Part shown: piece after piece, positions 43,536 to 59,640 of the stretch
How the letters are laid out: each line of letters opens with the position of its first letter
How positions within the stretch are numbered: the stretch's first letter is position 1
Assembly (NCBI GenBank): GCA_964016885.1
Contig: OZ024764.1
Span: forward strand, 12,400,001 to 12,464,000
Reading direction: 5' to 3'
DNA from: Eledone cirrhosa
Lineage: Eukaryota
Length of the DNA: 64,000 nt
Position numbers and translations under genes: made by a program
Notes under the pieces: model-generated
Database searches by the model: none
Told to the model about the DNA's origin: nothing
What the model saw: the letters and a program-made list of their open reading frames with translations, nothing else

Positions 43536-43697
43536 CAGCAATTTATGAGAATACTGCTACACCTGTCTTTGGGTATGACACCATCATATATAGCTTGATT
43601 GATAATGCGTGCAACCAGTTTATATACATACATATATATATATATACATACATATACATACATATATATATATACACACATATATATAAATATATAT

Positions 43698-43744
<47 letters not shown>

Positions 43745-43751
43745 AATATAT

Positions 43752-43784
<33 letters not shown>

Positions 43785-43886
43785 TATTATATACATACAT
43801 CATCATCATCATCATCATCATCATATATATATTTATCTATATATCATCATTGTTTCAACATTCGCTTTCCTTGCATGTATACATAC

Positions 43887-43921
<35 letters not shown>

Positions 43922-43942
43922 GTTTAACTTTGATTCTTATAA

Positions 43943-44031
<89 letters not shown>

Positions 44032-44034
44032 AAA

Positions 44035-44340
44035 TGAAATAATCACCAATGTTCAATACATTAAAATATAATTTAATAGATTTACATGTTTTATTGAACT
44101 ATTCAACTACAAAAGGATGAAGAATTTAATTCCTTTGTCAGACATTTTTCAAATCTTCGTAGCTGGATGCATGAGAAAATGTGGCTGGGAAATAAATATA
44201 TTTTCTATACTATCTAATGACTCTGATGATTTTCTACAAAGGAATTAAATTCTACGTCCTTTTGTCGTTGAATGAAACATATGTAGATAAATTAAGTGAT
44301 ATTTTAATGTATTGAACTTTGTTTATTGATATTTTTTCAT
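44035..44340. mobile_element. Old fold-back element with decayed HHR (44223-44288, +)
   Basis: Imperfect IR (GTTCAATACATTAAAATAT/ATATTTTAATGTATTGAAC); CTGATGA...GAAT-GAAA-CATATG-TA. Confidence 0.55.
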
Positions 44341-44427
44341 GTATATATGCTCGGTGATTTTGTGATTCATCTGAATTGCCGTTCATCAATCTAAATGTTG
44401 ACAAAATTACATCATTTTAACTCTCTA

Positions 44428-44994
44428 GCATTCACATTACTCTGTATATACTATTGTATTTTCACAGTAAAGGCTTTACCTCACATAATATCTCACATAA
44501 CATTTACATTACTCTATATATACTATTGTATTTTCACAGTAAACGCTTTACCTCACATAATATCTCACACAACATTTACATTACTCTATATATACTATTG
44601 TATTTTCACAGTAAAGGCTTTACCTCACATAATATCTCACACAACATTTACATTACTCTATATAGACTATTGTATTTTCACAGTAAAGGCTTTACCTCAC
44701 ATAATATCTCACACAACATTTACATTACTCTATATATACTATTGTATTTTCACAGTAAAGGCTTTACCTCACATAATACCTCACATAACATTTACATTAC
44801 TCTATATATACTATTGTATTTTCACAGTAAAGGCTTTACCTCACATAATATCTCACATAACATTTACATTACTCTATATATACTACTGTATTTTCACAGT
44901 AAAGGCTTTACCTCACATAATATCTCACATAACTTTTACATTACTCTATATATACTACTGTATTGTCACAGTAAAGGCTTTACCTCACATAATA
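44428..44994. repeat. 72-bp tandem repeat, ~8 copies
   Basis: Same phase at 44461 and 44821 (5 x 72). Confidence 0.95.
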
Positions 44995-45399
44995 TTGAAT
45001 CTATGAGATTTTGATATTATTTATTTTGAGAACAATACCGTAACATCAGTATGAGTGGCCAGTCACAGCCAGTTTAAATAGAAAGAAGTATGAAAATTCT
45101 GACTGGATACAACCGGTTTAAATATCTGAATGCCTTATACAGTTGTATCATCAACTCATAAAATCTACCCTATATATATCTGTATATACATATATGTGTG
45201 TGTATATTATTTATATATATATAATATACACACACATATCTGTATATACATATATGTGTGTGTGTATATTATATATATATAATATACAGGAAGGCTGTAG
45301 AGTTGCTAATTAAGGTAGGCTTAAAATGAAGAATAAAGCAAGAACGTGGTGGGCGGAAGTTTTCCTCATCAATTGTCTACTGAGGGTCTCGGGGTTGGG

Positions 45400-46647
45400 T
45401 GTGAAGGCGCATGGCTTAGGGGTTAGAGCATTGGGCTTCCAGTTGGGATGTTGCGTGTTGGATTCTTGCATTGGCTGATGTGTTGTATCCTTGAGCAAGA
45501 CACTTTATTCCACATTGCTCCAGTTTACTCAGCTGTAGAAGTGAGATGTGATGTCACTGGTGCCAAGCTGTATCAGTTATAGCCTTTCCCTTGTACAACA
45601 TTATATATAATGTATGTATATAGTGTATATATACATTATATATATTGTATATATAGTGTATATATAGTGTATATATAATGTATATATAGTGTATATATAA
45701 TGTATATATAGTGTATATATACATTATATATAGTGTATATATACATTATATATAGTGTGTATATATAGTGTATATATAATGTATATATAGTGCATATATA
45801 ATGTATATATAGTGTATATATAATGTATATATAATGTATATATAATGTATATATACATTATATATAGTGTATATATATAGTGTATATATATAGTGTATAT
45901 ATAATGTATATATAGTGTATATATAATGTATATATAGTGTATATATAATGTATATATAGTGTATATATAATGTATATATAATGTATATATAGTGTATATA
46001 TACATTATATATAGTGTATATCATCATCATCATCATCATTTCATTTAACGTCCACTTTTTCCCTGCTTGCAAGGGTGGGACGGGAACTGATTCTGGCTTG
46101 ATTTCTACAGCTGGATGCCCTTCCTTACACCAACCTCATTTACAGTGAGTGCTGGGTGCTTTTTTGCCGTGGCACCTCCACGACCACTTTGCAGTGGAAT
46201 GATAGGGACCCCAGTCCTTATCATCTCATTTCTACAGCTGAGTAAACTGGAGCAATGTGAAATAAAGTGTCTTGCTCAAGGAAACAACACATCACCCGGT
46301 CTGAGAATTGAACTCTATACATACACTATATATATAGTGTATATATAATGTATATATAGTTTATATATAATGTATATATAGTGTATATATAATGTATATA
46401 TAATGTATATATAATGTATATATACATTATATATAGTGTATATATATAGTGTATATATAATGTATATATAGTGTATATATAATGTATATATAGTGTATAT
46501 ATAATGTATATATAGTGTATATATAATGTATATACAGTGTATATATAATGTATATATGAGTTGTGATGTCACTGGTGCCAAGCTGTATCAGCCATTACCT
46601 TTCCCTTGGACGACATATATAGTGTAGTGTATATATGGTGTATAAAG

Positions 46648-46678
<31 letters not shown>

Positions 46679-46872
46679 TATATATAATATATATATATGT
46701 TGTCACGTCACTGGTGCCAAGCTGTATCAGCCATTACCTTTCCCTTGGACAACATCGGAGGCATGGAGTGGGGAGTGGTATACATGGGTGACTGCTGGTC
46801 TTCCACAAACAACCTTGTCCGGACTCGTGCCTCGGAAGAGAACTTTCTAGGTGCAAATCCCATGGTCTTTAC
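45400..46872 (+). mobile_element. CORE-type SINE split by an AT-rich 11-mer minisatellite and a nested SINE
   Basis: Head and CORE at 45400-45545; ~60-bp GTCACTGGTGCCAAGCTGTATCAG segment present three times; tail at 46755-46872. Confidence 0.7.
46020..46314 (-). mobile_element. CORE-type SINE with RTE tail, 5'-truncated
   Basis: Reverse complement of ~40893-41180. Confidence 0.85.
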
Positions 46873-47021
46873 CCTATATATATATATATATCATCATCAT
46901 CATCATCACCGTTTTACGTCCATTCTTCCATGCTAGCATGGGTTATATATATATATTTATTAAAATAACCAGCCCTCTTCAGATTTTAGTCTTCACATTT
47001 ATTATTATTACTATATATATA

Positions 47022-47220
47022 AGGGCGGTGGATTGGCAGTATGGGTAGAGGGTCGGACGCCATGCTTTGGCGCATAGAGTTACCTCCCTTTACGATCTGA
47101 GTTCAAATCCCGCCGAGATTAACTTTGCCTTTCATCCTTACGGGGTCGATAAAATAAAGTACCAGTAATGCACTGGGGTAATTGCTGGCCTTGTGCCTAA
47201 AGTAGAAACAATTATTATTA
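47022..47220 (+). mobile_element. Meta-type SINE, full length
   Basis: Homologous to 7291-7484; (TTA)n tail. Confidence 0.85.
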
Positions 47221-47294
47221 CTATATATATATATATAGTATAATATATATTATACGACGAGTGTGTTTAACTCTAACGCACTCAAGTATTTTTA

Positions 47295-47350
<56 letters not shown>

Positions 47351-47353
47351 TAA

Positions 47354-47435
<82 letters not shown>

Positions 47436-47449
47436 TATATACATATATA

Positions 47450-47489
<40 letters not shown>

Positions 47490-48043
47490 TACATATTTTT
47501 GCCTATAATAAGCAAGTGACATAGTCACTGCTTTAAAACTGATAGCAAATGGTGTTCCAAGTGTTTTTAATTAAACATACAGTATATTGCCAAATATACT
47601 GTACACTATACATACATTCATATATACATCGCTATTTCAGAGCACCAGTCCTAATATATATATATATATATATGCATTTATACATATATAGATATATACA
47701 TATATATATACATATATATGTATATACATACATATATACATATATATATATAAATATACATTTATATGTATATATATACATATATATATATATATACATA
47801 CATATATATATATATTTATATATACATACATATATACATACATATATGCATATAAGCATACATGCATATACATACATATATATATACACACATATACATA
47901 CATACATGTATATATATACATGTACATACATATATATATATACATACATGTATATATATATATATATACATGTACATACATATACATGTATATATATTTA
48001 TATACATATGCATGCATATATATATACATATACATGTATATAA

Positions 48044-48101
<58 letters not shown>

Positions 48102-48114
48102 AGTGTTGACGGAC

Positions 48115-48146
<32 letters not shown>

Positions 48147-48321
48147 CATTGTACATATAAATATATTTATTTATATATTGATATGTTGATCTTCTTTGAG
48201 GGTTACAATGTTTGTTTGTTTGTGTATATATATATATCTATATATATATGTGTGAGTGTGTATATATATATATATGTGTATATATATATATATATATACA
48301 CACATATATATATACACACAC

Positions 48322-48360
<39 letters not shown>

Positions 48361-48423
48361 AACAAACATTAATTTTTAGACACACATACATGTATATATA
48401 TACACACACATATATATACACAT

Positions 48424-48488
<65 letters not shown>

Positions 48489-48489
48489 C

Positions 48490-48535
<46 letters not shown>

Positions 48536-48614
48536 ATGTGCATGTGTATATATATATATATATGTATGTGCATGTGTATATATACATATATATATATATA
48601 TGTGTGTGCATGTG

Positions 48615-48676
<62 letters not shown>

Positions 48677-48699
48677 TATATATATATATATACATATAT

Positions 48700-48754
<55 letters not shown>

Positions 48755-49074
48755 TATATATATATATACATATATATACATACATATATATATATACATG
48801 TGTGTGTGTCTAAAAATTAATGTTTGTTGTTCCAGCAATGTAGAAAGTTGGAGCAAATGTATGTTTGATGGGTGTATATCCGCTTCCCTCTGCCTTGAAT
48901 ATTTCACTGACACTGGAAAACCGGAAGTAGGGCCTCTCATGATGATAACATAACGTCTTTGGGTGGTGGTGGTGGCGGTGGTGACGTGTGGAGGGGTTCG
49001 CTGGGGCAGGATTGATGGCGGAAAATCTCATAAAGTTGATATATGGGCATTCATCTCCTTAGCCCCAACATAGT

Positions 49075-50100
49075 CTGTCTCTTTGTCTCTATCTATCTCT
49101 CTGTCTCTCTGTTGGTCTGTCTCTCTGTCTGTCTGTCTCTCTGTCTCTCTGTTGGTCTATCTCTCTATCTCTCTGTCTCTCTGTTGGTCTATCCCTCTGT
49201 CTATCTGGTTGGTCTATCTCTCTCTCTGTCTCTCCGTTGGTCTATCTCTCTGTCTATCTGGTTGGTCTATCTCTCTCTCTGTTTCTCCGTTGGTCTATCG
49301 CTCTGTCTATCTGGTTGGTCTATCTCTCTCTCTGTCTATCCGTTGGTCTATCTCTCTGTCTATCTGTATGTCTGTCTCTCTGTTGGTCTATCTCTCTGTC
49401 TGTCTCTCTCTCTGTCTGTCTCTCCGTTGGTCTATCTGTCTGTCTGTCTCTCCATTGGTCTATCTCTCTGTCTATCTCTCTCTCTGTTGGTCTATCTCTC
49501 TGTCTGTCTGTCTGTCTCTCTGTTGGTCTATCTCTCTATCTCTCTGTCTCTCTGTCTCTCCGTTGGTCTATCTCTCTGTCTGTCTGTCTGTCTCTCTGTC
49601 TCTCTGTTGGTCTATCTCTCTGTCTATCTGTCTCTCTGTTGGTCTATCTCTCTGTCTGTCTCTCCGTTAGTCTATCTCTCTGTCTGTCTGTCTGTCTCTC
49701 TGTCTCTCTGTCTCTCTGTTGGTCTATCTCTCTGTCTATCTGTCTGTCTCTCCGTTGGTCTATCTCTCTGTCTGTCTGTCTGTCTGTCTGTCTCTCCGTT
49801 GGTCTATCTGTCTGTCTGTCTCTCCGTTGGTCTATCTGTCTGTCTGTCTCTCCGTTGGTCTATCTCTCTGTCTGTCTCTCTGTTGGTCTATCTCTCTGTC
49901 TGTCTCTCTGTTGGTCTATCTCGCTGTCTGTCTGTCTCTCTGTTGGTCTATCTCTCTGTCTATCTCTCTGTCTGTCTCTCCGTTGGTCTATCTCTCTGTC
50001 TATCTATCTGTCTCTCTGTTGGTCTACCTATCTGTCACTGTCAGTATGTCTATCTGTCTGTCTGTCTATCTCTCAGTCTATCTATCTCTCTCTCCCTCTC
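49075..50100. repeat. Minisatellite with GTTGGTCTATC core and (CTGT/CT)n spacers
   Basis: Directly visible. Confidence 0.95.
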
Positions 50101-50159
50101 TATCTTTCTATTAGTCTACCTCTTCCTTCCATCTCTATCTGCCTTTCCATATATATATA

Positions 50160-50344
50160 CTGAAGAGGTCACAGAATGTGTGACGAAAGAACTTTGACAA
50201 TATATAAACAATCATCTGGTTGTGGAACCAACCAACCAACCGGAAATTTATAAATTCCTAAATTTATAAATTTATTATAATAAATTGAAGTGAAAGCAAC
50301 CGGTGCGTGTGTTTCTTATTGGCAACATGACCCTCCCAAAGTAT

Positions 50345-50350
<6 letters not shown>
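50160..50350 (+). mobile_element. PLE-like pLTR (family C2) starting at an HHR core
   Basis: CTGAAGA-G-GTCACA-gaatg-TGTGAC-GAAA-GAACTTT; ends ATGACCCTCCCAAAGTATAACAA then (TA)n. Confidence 0.75.
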
Positions 50351-50387
<37 letters not shown>

Positions 50388-50443
50388 TGTAAACATACCG
50401 TATTTCTTTAGAAATACAACATTTCTATTCACACACATATATA

Positions 50444-50602
50444 TCATCATCATCATCATCATTTTACGTCCGCTTTTCCCTGCTTGCAAGAGTGGGACGG
50501 GTCTTATTCAGCACAGCATCTCTCCACATGTCACGGTCCTTCGTCATCTCCTCGGCGAGTTTCAGCGATCTGAGGTCTGCTCTCACCACCTCCGCCCATG
50601 TT
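50444..50602 (-). mobile_element. RTE LINE 3' end fragment
   Basis: Homologous to 41513-41658 and 63206-63352. Confidence 0.85.
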
Positions 50603-50660
50603 TATATATCAGTATTGGTGCTCTGAAATAGCGATGTATATATGAATGTATGTATAGTAT

Positions 50661-51268
50661 GTCAGGTCACCAGTTGGTGCTACTGGTAACATGTATCCCA
50701 GTACAACCTGTCCCATGGTCGGGTCGTTGGCGACTAAACTGGCAAGCCCACCAAGGTTTCTTGGTGAGGAGGGTGACTTTGGACATCCTGCAGGACTAAA
50801 AACAAAACCTGTCAAAGGGCAAAGGAGCTCTAAAGAGTCAATGGCCATCCAAAATCACCGGGAGAGATGACCCCTTAGCCTTTGTCAAAGCAGAATTCTA
50901 GGAGAAGGAAAACTCTGATATAACACCTGCAACTCTGATGGTATCCAATGATGTTGACTTCTTATTCTTCTTGGTAAATATCATCTTGGTTAAGAGAGTG
51001 GGACTGGCTTTGTGCAGTGCCTTTGCTCACTATAAAAGCTTCACGGCACAGGCATTGCTTTATATCTGGAGATCTCTCTGCACTTGTCGTCACATGGTAC
51101 CATGGGCCCAGCACTATGTGTCAATAATTGTCACATGTGTAGTGTTTGTACCAGAGTTTTCAAGTCGCTGGCTGGACTAAAAAGTCACACTCGTTCAGTG
51201 CATCAGTAGGGGTTCTCCTACATGGATATAAAGTAGTGGCTGTACTCGAAAACGAGTTGGCAGCCACC
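50661..51268 (+). mobile_element. 608-bp insertion, possibly derived from an RTE 5' UTR
   Basis: Flanked by direct repeat ATGTATAGTAT (50650-50660 and 51269-51279); interrupts a repeat found uninterrupted and inverted at ~47497-47655; GGAGAAGGAAAACTCTG motif. Confidence 0.5.
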
Positions 51269-51561
51269 ATGTATAGTATATTTTGCAATATACTGTATAT
51301 TTAATTAAAAACATTTAGAACACCATTTGCTATGAGTTTTAAAGTAGTGACTATGTCACTTACTTATTCATGGCAAAAACAAAGAGCTATGACAGTCCTG
51401 TTTATCGCTCCTTGGCATTTATCAAGACCACACACTCCTTTGCTTCTGCCAACAGTTATAGAAGCCGGATTCTTATAGAATTTCATTATGCTTCGTGGTC
51501 ACCGATCTGTCCAGCTCGTTGGCTACCAACATATCATGAAAAATTATACATCTCATATGTA

Positions 51562-51635
51562 TTTTGTCTGAAGAGGACATGTTTTGGTTCATGTTATAGA
51601 TAAAACTTTGCATTTTCGAAATATATATAATAAAA
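51562..51635 (+). ncRNA. Type-I hammerhead-like motif
   Basis: TTTTGT-CTGAAGA-GGACATG...CATTTTC-GAAA-TATATA-TA|ATAAAA. Confidence 0.65.
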
Positions 51636-51767
51636 TAAATAGAGATGATATAAAGTATATATCTTTCGTTTATTAAAATTATTATATCATCATCATTGTT
51701 TAACGTCTATCTTCCACGCTACATGGGTTACAGAGCACCAATTCTAATATATATATATATATATATT

Positions 51768-52072
51768 GGAGGCACATGGCTTAGTGGATGTGAGTTCAAT
51801 TCTCAGACCGGGTGATGTGTTGTTTCCTTGAGCAAGACACTTTATTTCACGTTGCTCCAGTTTACTCAGCTGTAGAAATGAGATGATAGGGACTGGGATC
51901 CCTATCATTCGTGGAGGTGCCACGGCAAAAAAGCACCCAGCACTCACTGTAAATGAGGTTGGTGTTAGGAAGGGCATCCAGCTGTAGAAATCAAGCCAGA
52001 ATCAGTTCCCGTCCCACCCTTGCCAGCAGGGAAAAGTGGACGTAAAATGAAATGATGATGATGATGATGATG
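51768..52072 (+). mobile_element. CORE-type SINE with RTE tail
   Basis: Homologous to 40842-41180 with two internal deletions. Confidence 0.85.
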
Positions 52073-52104
52073 TATGTATATAAATATATATAAATATATG
52101 TATG

Positions 52105-52400
52105 TCATCATCATCATCAACATCGTTTAACGTCTATTTTCCACGCTAGCATGGGTTAGACGGGAATTGTCCCACTTGAGGTAAGATTGGTCGGGTGACC
52201 ATGTCTCGCTCGTATAGGACTACCTGGCAGGTTTACCACAGCTGGATGCCCTTCCTAACACCAACCACATTTACAGTGTGGACTGGGAGCCTTTTACCGT
52301 GTTACCTACACGGCTACATTACAGCATGGACTGTGTGTTTCTTTTTTGTCGTGACACCTACACGACCTCATTAGTTTAGACTGGAAGTTGTGGCACCTAC
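52105..52400 (-). mobile_element. RTE-related non-autonomous element
   Basis: CTGGATGCCCTTCCTAACACCAACC domain and (CAT)n end; copies at 59151 and ~60400. Confidence 0.75.
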
Positions 52401-52731
52401 ATATGTATGAATATATATAAAAATAAGAAAAGCTATCACTAGAATAGCCCTTAAAACAGCCAAATGCTGTTAAAGACAGCGATGTTAAAAAATGCTGAAG
52501 ATATGCATAAAGTGATACATTTGTTCTCTGTATGGTGAACTAACTGTTGTGTTATCACTTCTATATATACATATATATAAGTAAACAATCATATATAAAT
52601 ATACACACAGACATTTAAACATACAGTCATAAATATATATATATATATATATATACATACATATAATATATACATATAAACAATCATATATAAATTTACA
52701 CACAGACATTTAAACATGCAGTCATAAATAT

Positions 52732-52780
<49 letters not shown>

Positions 52781-52922
52781 CATATAATATATACAGATAA
52801 ACAATCATATATAAATTTACACACACACACACTCATAAATATATATAGAAACAATCATATATAAATGTACACACACACACATTTATACATACACAGTCAT
52901 AAATATACATACATACATATAC

Positions 52923-52975
<53 letters not shown>

Positions 52976-53534
52976 CACACACATACATATATTTATGCCT
53001 GCATGTAGAATATGTTTACATACTGATATATAATTTACATTAGATTAGCTATATATCAATTTTCAACTCACACACACAATATATACTCAATATATAGATA
53101 TATATACACATATATATACACATGTGTATACAGATATAATTCCATCTTTTAACCATTCCATCATCGATTACTTTTAATGCATGGTATCTAGATAAATGGT
53201 TTGTTTTCTGTTAGTGTATATAACTATATGTAAGTGTATATATACTTCTATATATATATATATACTTCTATATGTATATATACTTCTATATGTATATGTA
53301 CTTCTGTATGTATATATATAATTATATATGTGGTGGCATTTTTATGTAACTGCATGTATGTATGTTATTTTTGTTTTCTATGAGCATATATATAACTTTA
53401 TGTTTGTGTGTATATAAAATTGTATATATATGTGTGTGTGTGTATATATATAATGTGTGTGTATATATATATGTGTGTGTGTGTTTATATATATATATAT
53501 AAGTTTTCAGAGTGTGTATATATAACATTATCTA

Positions 53535-53592
<58 letters not shown>

Positions 53593-53641
53593 TATATATA
53601 AGCATATATGTGTATATACATATATGTATTTGTGTCTGTGA

Positions 53642-53672
<31 letters not shown>

Positions 53673-53711
53673 TATAAACATATATATATATATATATATA
53701 CATTTATACAC

Positions 53712-53826
<115 letters not shown>

Positions 53827-53827
53827 C

Positions 53828-53858
<31 letters not shown>

Positions 53859-53863
53859 TACAT

Positions 53864-53916
<53 letters not shown>

Positions 53917-53995
53917 TACACATATATATATATATATATATAGATATATACATATATACATATATATATATATACATACATATCTATATATATAC

Positions 53996-54025
<30 letters not shown>

Positions 54026-54026
<1 letters not shown>

Positions 54027-54163
54027 ACGGAGGAAATGTGGTAAGGAACCAGGTGGACCATAACACACCAAAGTACTCAATACTTAGGGTAGTAGAGTGG
54101 GTAATAGGAACAAGTAATACCCCGACGGCTGAGCTCAAGCCGTTTCGACAGCTAATTCTGGAG
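54026..54163 (-). mobile_element. Family B element, truncated within HHR stem II
   Basis: Homologous to 323-460; (TA)n flanks. Confidence 0.75.
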
Positions 54164-54167
54164 TAAA

Positions 54168-54347
<180 letters not shown>

Positions 54348-54348
54348 C

Positions 54349-54676
<328 letters not shown>

Positions 54677-54683
54677 GTATATG

Positions 54684-54788
<105 letters not shown>

Positions 54789-54834
54789 ATATATATATAT
54801 ATACATATATACATATATATATATGTATATATAC

Positions 54835-54882
<48 letters not shown>

Positions 54883-54991
54883 GTATATATATGTATATAT
54901 ATATGCTTATGCACATATGTATATATGTGTGTTTGTATATATGGACATGTTTTATTTCTTAGAAACTATACAGTATATAGCTAGTATATAA

Positions 54992-55035
<44 letters not shown>

Positions 55036-55468
55036 CTAGTATATATATATATATACATAACTAGTATATATATATATATACACCCATATTGTTGGTGTTT
55101 ATCTATTTTAGTCATGTATGTAAGATATCTATTATAGTCATAAATAAACACATTACAATCTGATGATTTAACAGATGCCTTCCATTTATATATACATACA
55201 TGTGTATATATATATATATATAGTCTCAATGTATGTAAATATACACACACAGTCTTGTTATTACGCATATATATGTGTGTCTGCTTATGTGTGTATATGT
55301 ATATAATATATATATATATATGTGTTTATGTGTATATATATATATATATGTGTTTATGTGGATATATATATATATATATATGTGTTTATGTGTATATATA
55401 TATATATATATATATGTGTTTATGTGTATATATATAAATATGTGTGTGTATTTATGTGTATTTATGTG

Positions 55469-55499
<31 letters not shown>

Positions 55500-55629
55500 T
55501 TATGTGTATATATATATATACGTGTGTTTATGTGTATATATATATGTGTGTGTGTTTATGTGTATATATATATATATATATGTGCATATACAAATAGAAT
55601 AAACATATATATGAGCTAACATGGGTGTG

Positions 55630-55709
<80 letters not shown>

Positions 55710-55806
55710 GAGAGTGTATATATTTATGCACAGTGAAAAACTTTCCTCATAAAACGCTAAATATGTGTACATAAATATATTTATGTCTAAATATTACATG
55801 TATGTA

Positions 55807-55897
<91 letters not shown>

Positions 55898-55967
55898 CAT
55901 ATATGTGCTCAAACAAGTGTATAGAAATATTCTTCACATTGCTATATATTCACATATATATATATAC

Positions 55968-56110
<143 letters not shown>

Positions 56111-56182
56111 TGTGCTCAAACAAGTGTATAGAAATATTCTTCACATTGCTATATATTCACATATGTATACATATATATATAA

Positions 56183-56228
<46 letters not shown>

Positions 56229-56816
56229 TTATGTTAGGCTTTTATCAATGGATAGAACTTGTGATTTGGGTTCTATACATACTTATGCATTTTTATATAT
56301 ACATACATATATATGTCTATATACATACACACACGCACATATATATGCATGATATATATATATATAGAGAGAGAGAGAGATGTATATACATGTATATATA
56401 TATATATCTCTTTGGATTTTAGTCTTCATTTTTATTATTATTACTATATATATATATATAAATATATATATATATAACAAATGTATATAACGAATGTATA
56501 TATATATGTATATATACATATATATATACATGAAAAACATTTATATATATTTTACCCAAAATATACATATATATTATTCAATATTAGGAATGTATCACTG
56601 TATTGTGATGGTGTGTATATACATGTATGTATAAATATATATATATATACATGTATATATAATCATATAAATGTATTTTTATTTACATATATATACATAT
56701 ATATATACATGCATATATAATCATATAAATGTATATATATATATATACATTTATATATGCATATATAATCATATACAGGTATATATTTGTATATACATGT
56801 ATATATAATCATATAA

Positions 56817-56871
<55 letters not shown>

Positions 56872-56995
56872 CACGTTGACACAATATTACAATATTCATA
56901 TTGTCTATTACTATCTATATCATTATTATTATTATTACAAATACAATTATCAATGTTATATATATATGTATATATATATATACATATATATATAC

Positions 56996-57079
<84 letters not shown>

Positions 57080-57292
57080 ATATATATACACACACATACA
57101 TATATATACACACATACATATATATATATACATATACATATATATAGATACATATATGTATATATATGTATATATATATGTATATATATGTATGTATATA
57201 TATGTATATATATATATGTATATATATATACATATATGTATATATATGTATATATATGTATGTATATATATATATATGTATATATATATATG

Positions 57293-57323
<31 letters not shown>

Positions 57324-57366
57324 GTATATATATATGTATATATATATATATGTATATATATATATG

Positions 57367-57397
<31 letters not shown>

Positions 57398-57410
57398 GTA
57401 TATATATCTG

Positions 57411-57447
<37 letters not shown>

Positions 57448-57462
57448 ATATATATGTATGTG

Positions 57463-57497
<35 letters not shown>

Positions 57498-57532
57498 ATA
57501 TATGTATATATATACATATATATATATATGTA

Positions 57533-57652
<120 letters not shown>

Positions 57653-57735
57653 CATATATATACATATATATACATATATATATATACATATATATATATA
57701 CATATATATATATATACATATATATATATACATAC

Positions 57736-57805
<70 letters not shown>

Positions 57806-57812
57806 GTATATA

Positions 57813-57845
<33 letters not shown>

Positions 57846-57878
57846 ATATATATATGTATATATTTATATATATATATG

Positions 57879-57924
<46 letters not shown>

Positions 57925-57947
57925 CATATATATATACATATATATAC

Positions 57948-57989
<42 letters not shown>

Positions 57990-58170
57990 ATACATATATA
58001 ATCACCTGCAATCTAAGGTAAATACTTTTCGTAGAATATTAAAAATAACATCGTAACACCAAAAAATTAAATATATATTTCTTTTTTCTAAAATTAAAAG
58101 GACAATTATATATTTATATATATACACACACACATACACACATATACATATATGTGTGCTTATATATATA

Positions 58171-58256
<86 letters not shown>

Positions 58257-59150
58257 AATATATACACTCATACATATTTGTATATATATGTATATATATA
58301 TATATATACATGTATATATATATGCATATATATATATATATAAATGTATATATATATACATACATATATATATACATACATACATAGATATATATATACA
58401 TACATGCATGCATACATACATATATGAAATAATATATATAAATCTATATATATATATATAGATATATACATATATATACATACATATACATATATATATA
58501 TCATACATACACACATATATATATATACATACATACACACACATATATATATATATACATACATACATACACACATATATATACATACATACACACACAT
58601 ATATATACATACATACATACATACACACATATATATACACATACATACATACACATATATATACATACATACATACACACATATATATATATATACATAC
58701 ATACACACATATATACATAAATATATATATATTTCTAAATATATATATATTTCTAAAGTTAAAATAATGATTATATATATATATATATATATATATATTC
58801 CTAAAATTTTAAATATATATATATTCCTAAAATTTTAATAATAACAATAATAATAATGATATATATATATATATATATATATTCCTAAAATTTTAAATAT
58901 ATATATATTCCTAAAATTTTAATAATAACAATAATAATAATGATATATATATATATATATAATTTGAATCTTTCCTATTTTCCCCAAATATAAATATTGC
59001 TCTATATTTGGACGTATATAATTGTCACCAATTGTAGAGTTATTATTCTTAATAATATTTTGGTAACTTTCTCTCCTTTAAATATACAACGTAGTAGAAA
59101 TTTGGTGTTTTTGAATTTGACAAGATTAGATCTGTTTAGCCCACTATATA

Positions 59151-59640
59151 TCATCATCATCATCATCATCAGGTTTAGCATCCGTGTTCCACGCTTGCAT
59201 GGGTTTGGACGGGGGTTTTCCCACTTGAGGCAAGAGTGGTTGTCTTGCTCGCATAGGACTGTCTGGCGGGTTTTCTACAGCTGGATGCCCTTCCTAACAC
59301 CAACCACATTTACAGTGTGGGGCTGGGAGGTTTTTACCGTGTTGCCTACACGGCCACATTACAGCGTGGAATGTCTGGCGGGTTTTCTACAGCTGGATGC
59401 CCTTCCTAACACCAACCACATTTACAGTGTGGGGCTGGGAGGTTTTTACCGTGTTGCCTACACGGCCACATTTACAGCGTGGACTGTGTGTTTTTTTGTC
59501 GTGACACCTACACGATCTCATTTGTTTCGGCCTGGATGTTGTGGGACCAACATAACTTTACATTGAAATGGGCGGTGTGGATGGGGTGGAGGTGGTGGGA
59601 CGGGGGTGTGTTTTGATAGAGATGCCTACTGACTGTAGTA
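59151..59640 (-). mobile_element. RTE-related non-autonomous element with ~113-bp internal tandem duplication
   Basis: ~59260-59371 repeated at ~59373-59484. Confidence 0.8.

Noticed and set aside
51370-51545. Possible decayed GIY-YIG C-terminus upstream of the 51562 HHR
   Set aside because: Similarity too weak to call by eye
55160-55175. Isolated CTGATGA (also ~60088)
   Set aside because: No stem II plus GAAA follows
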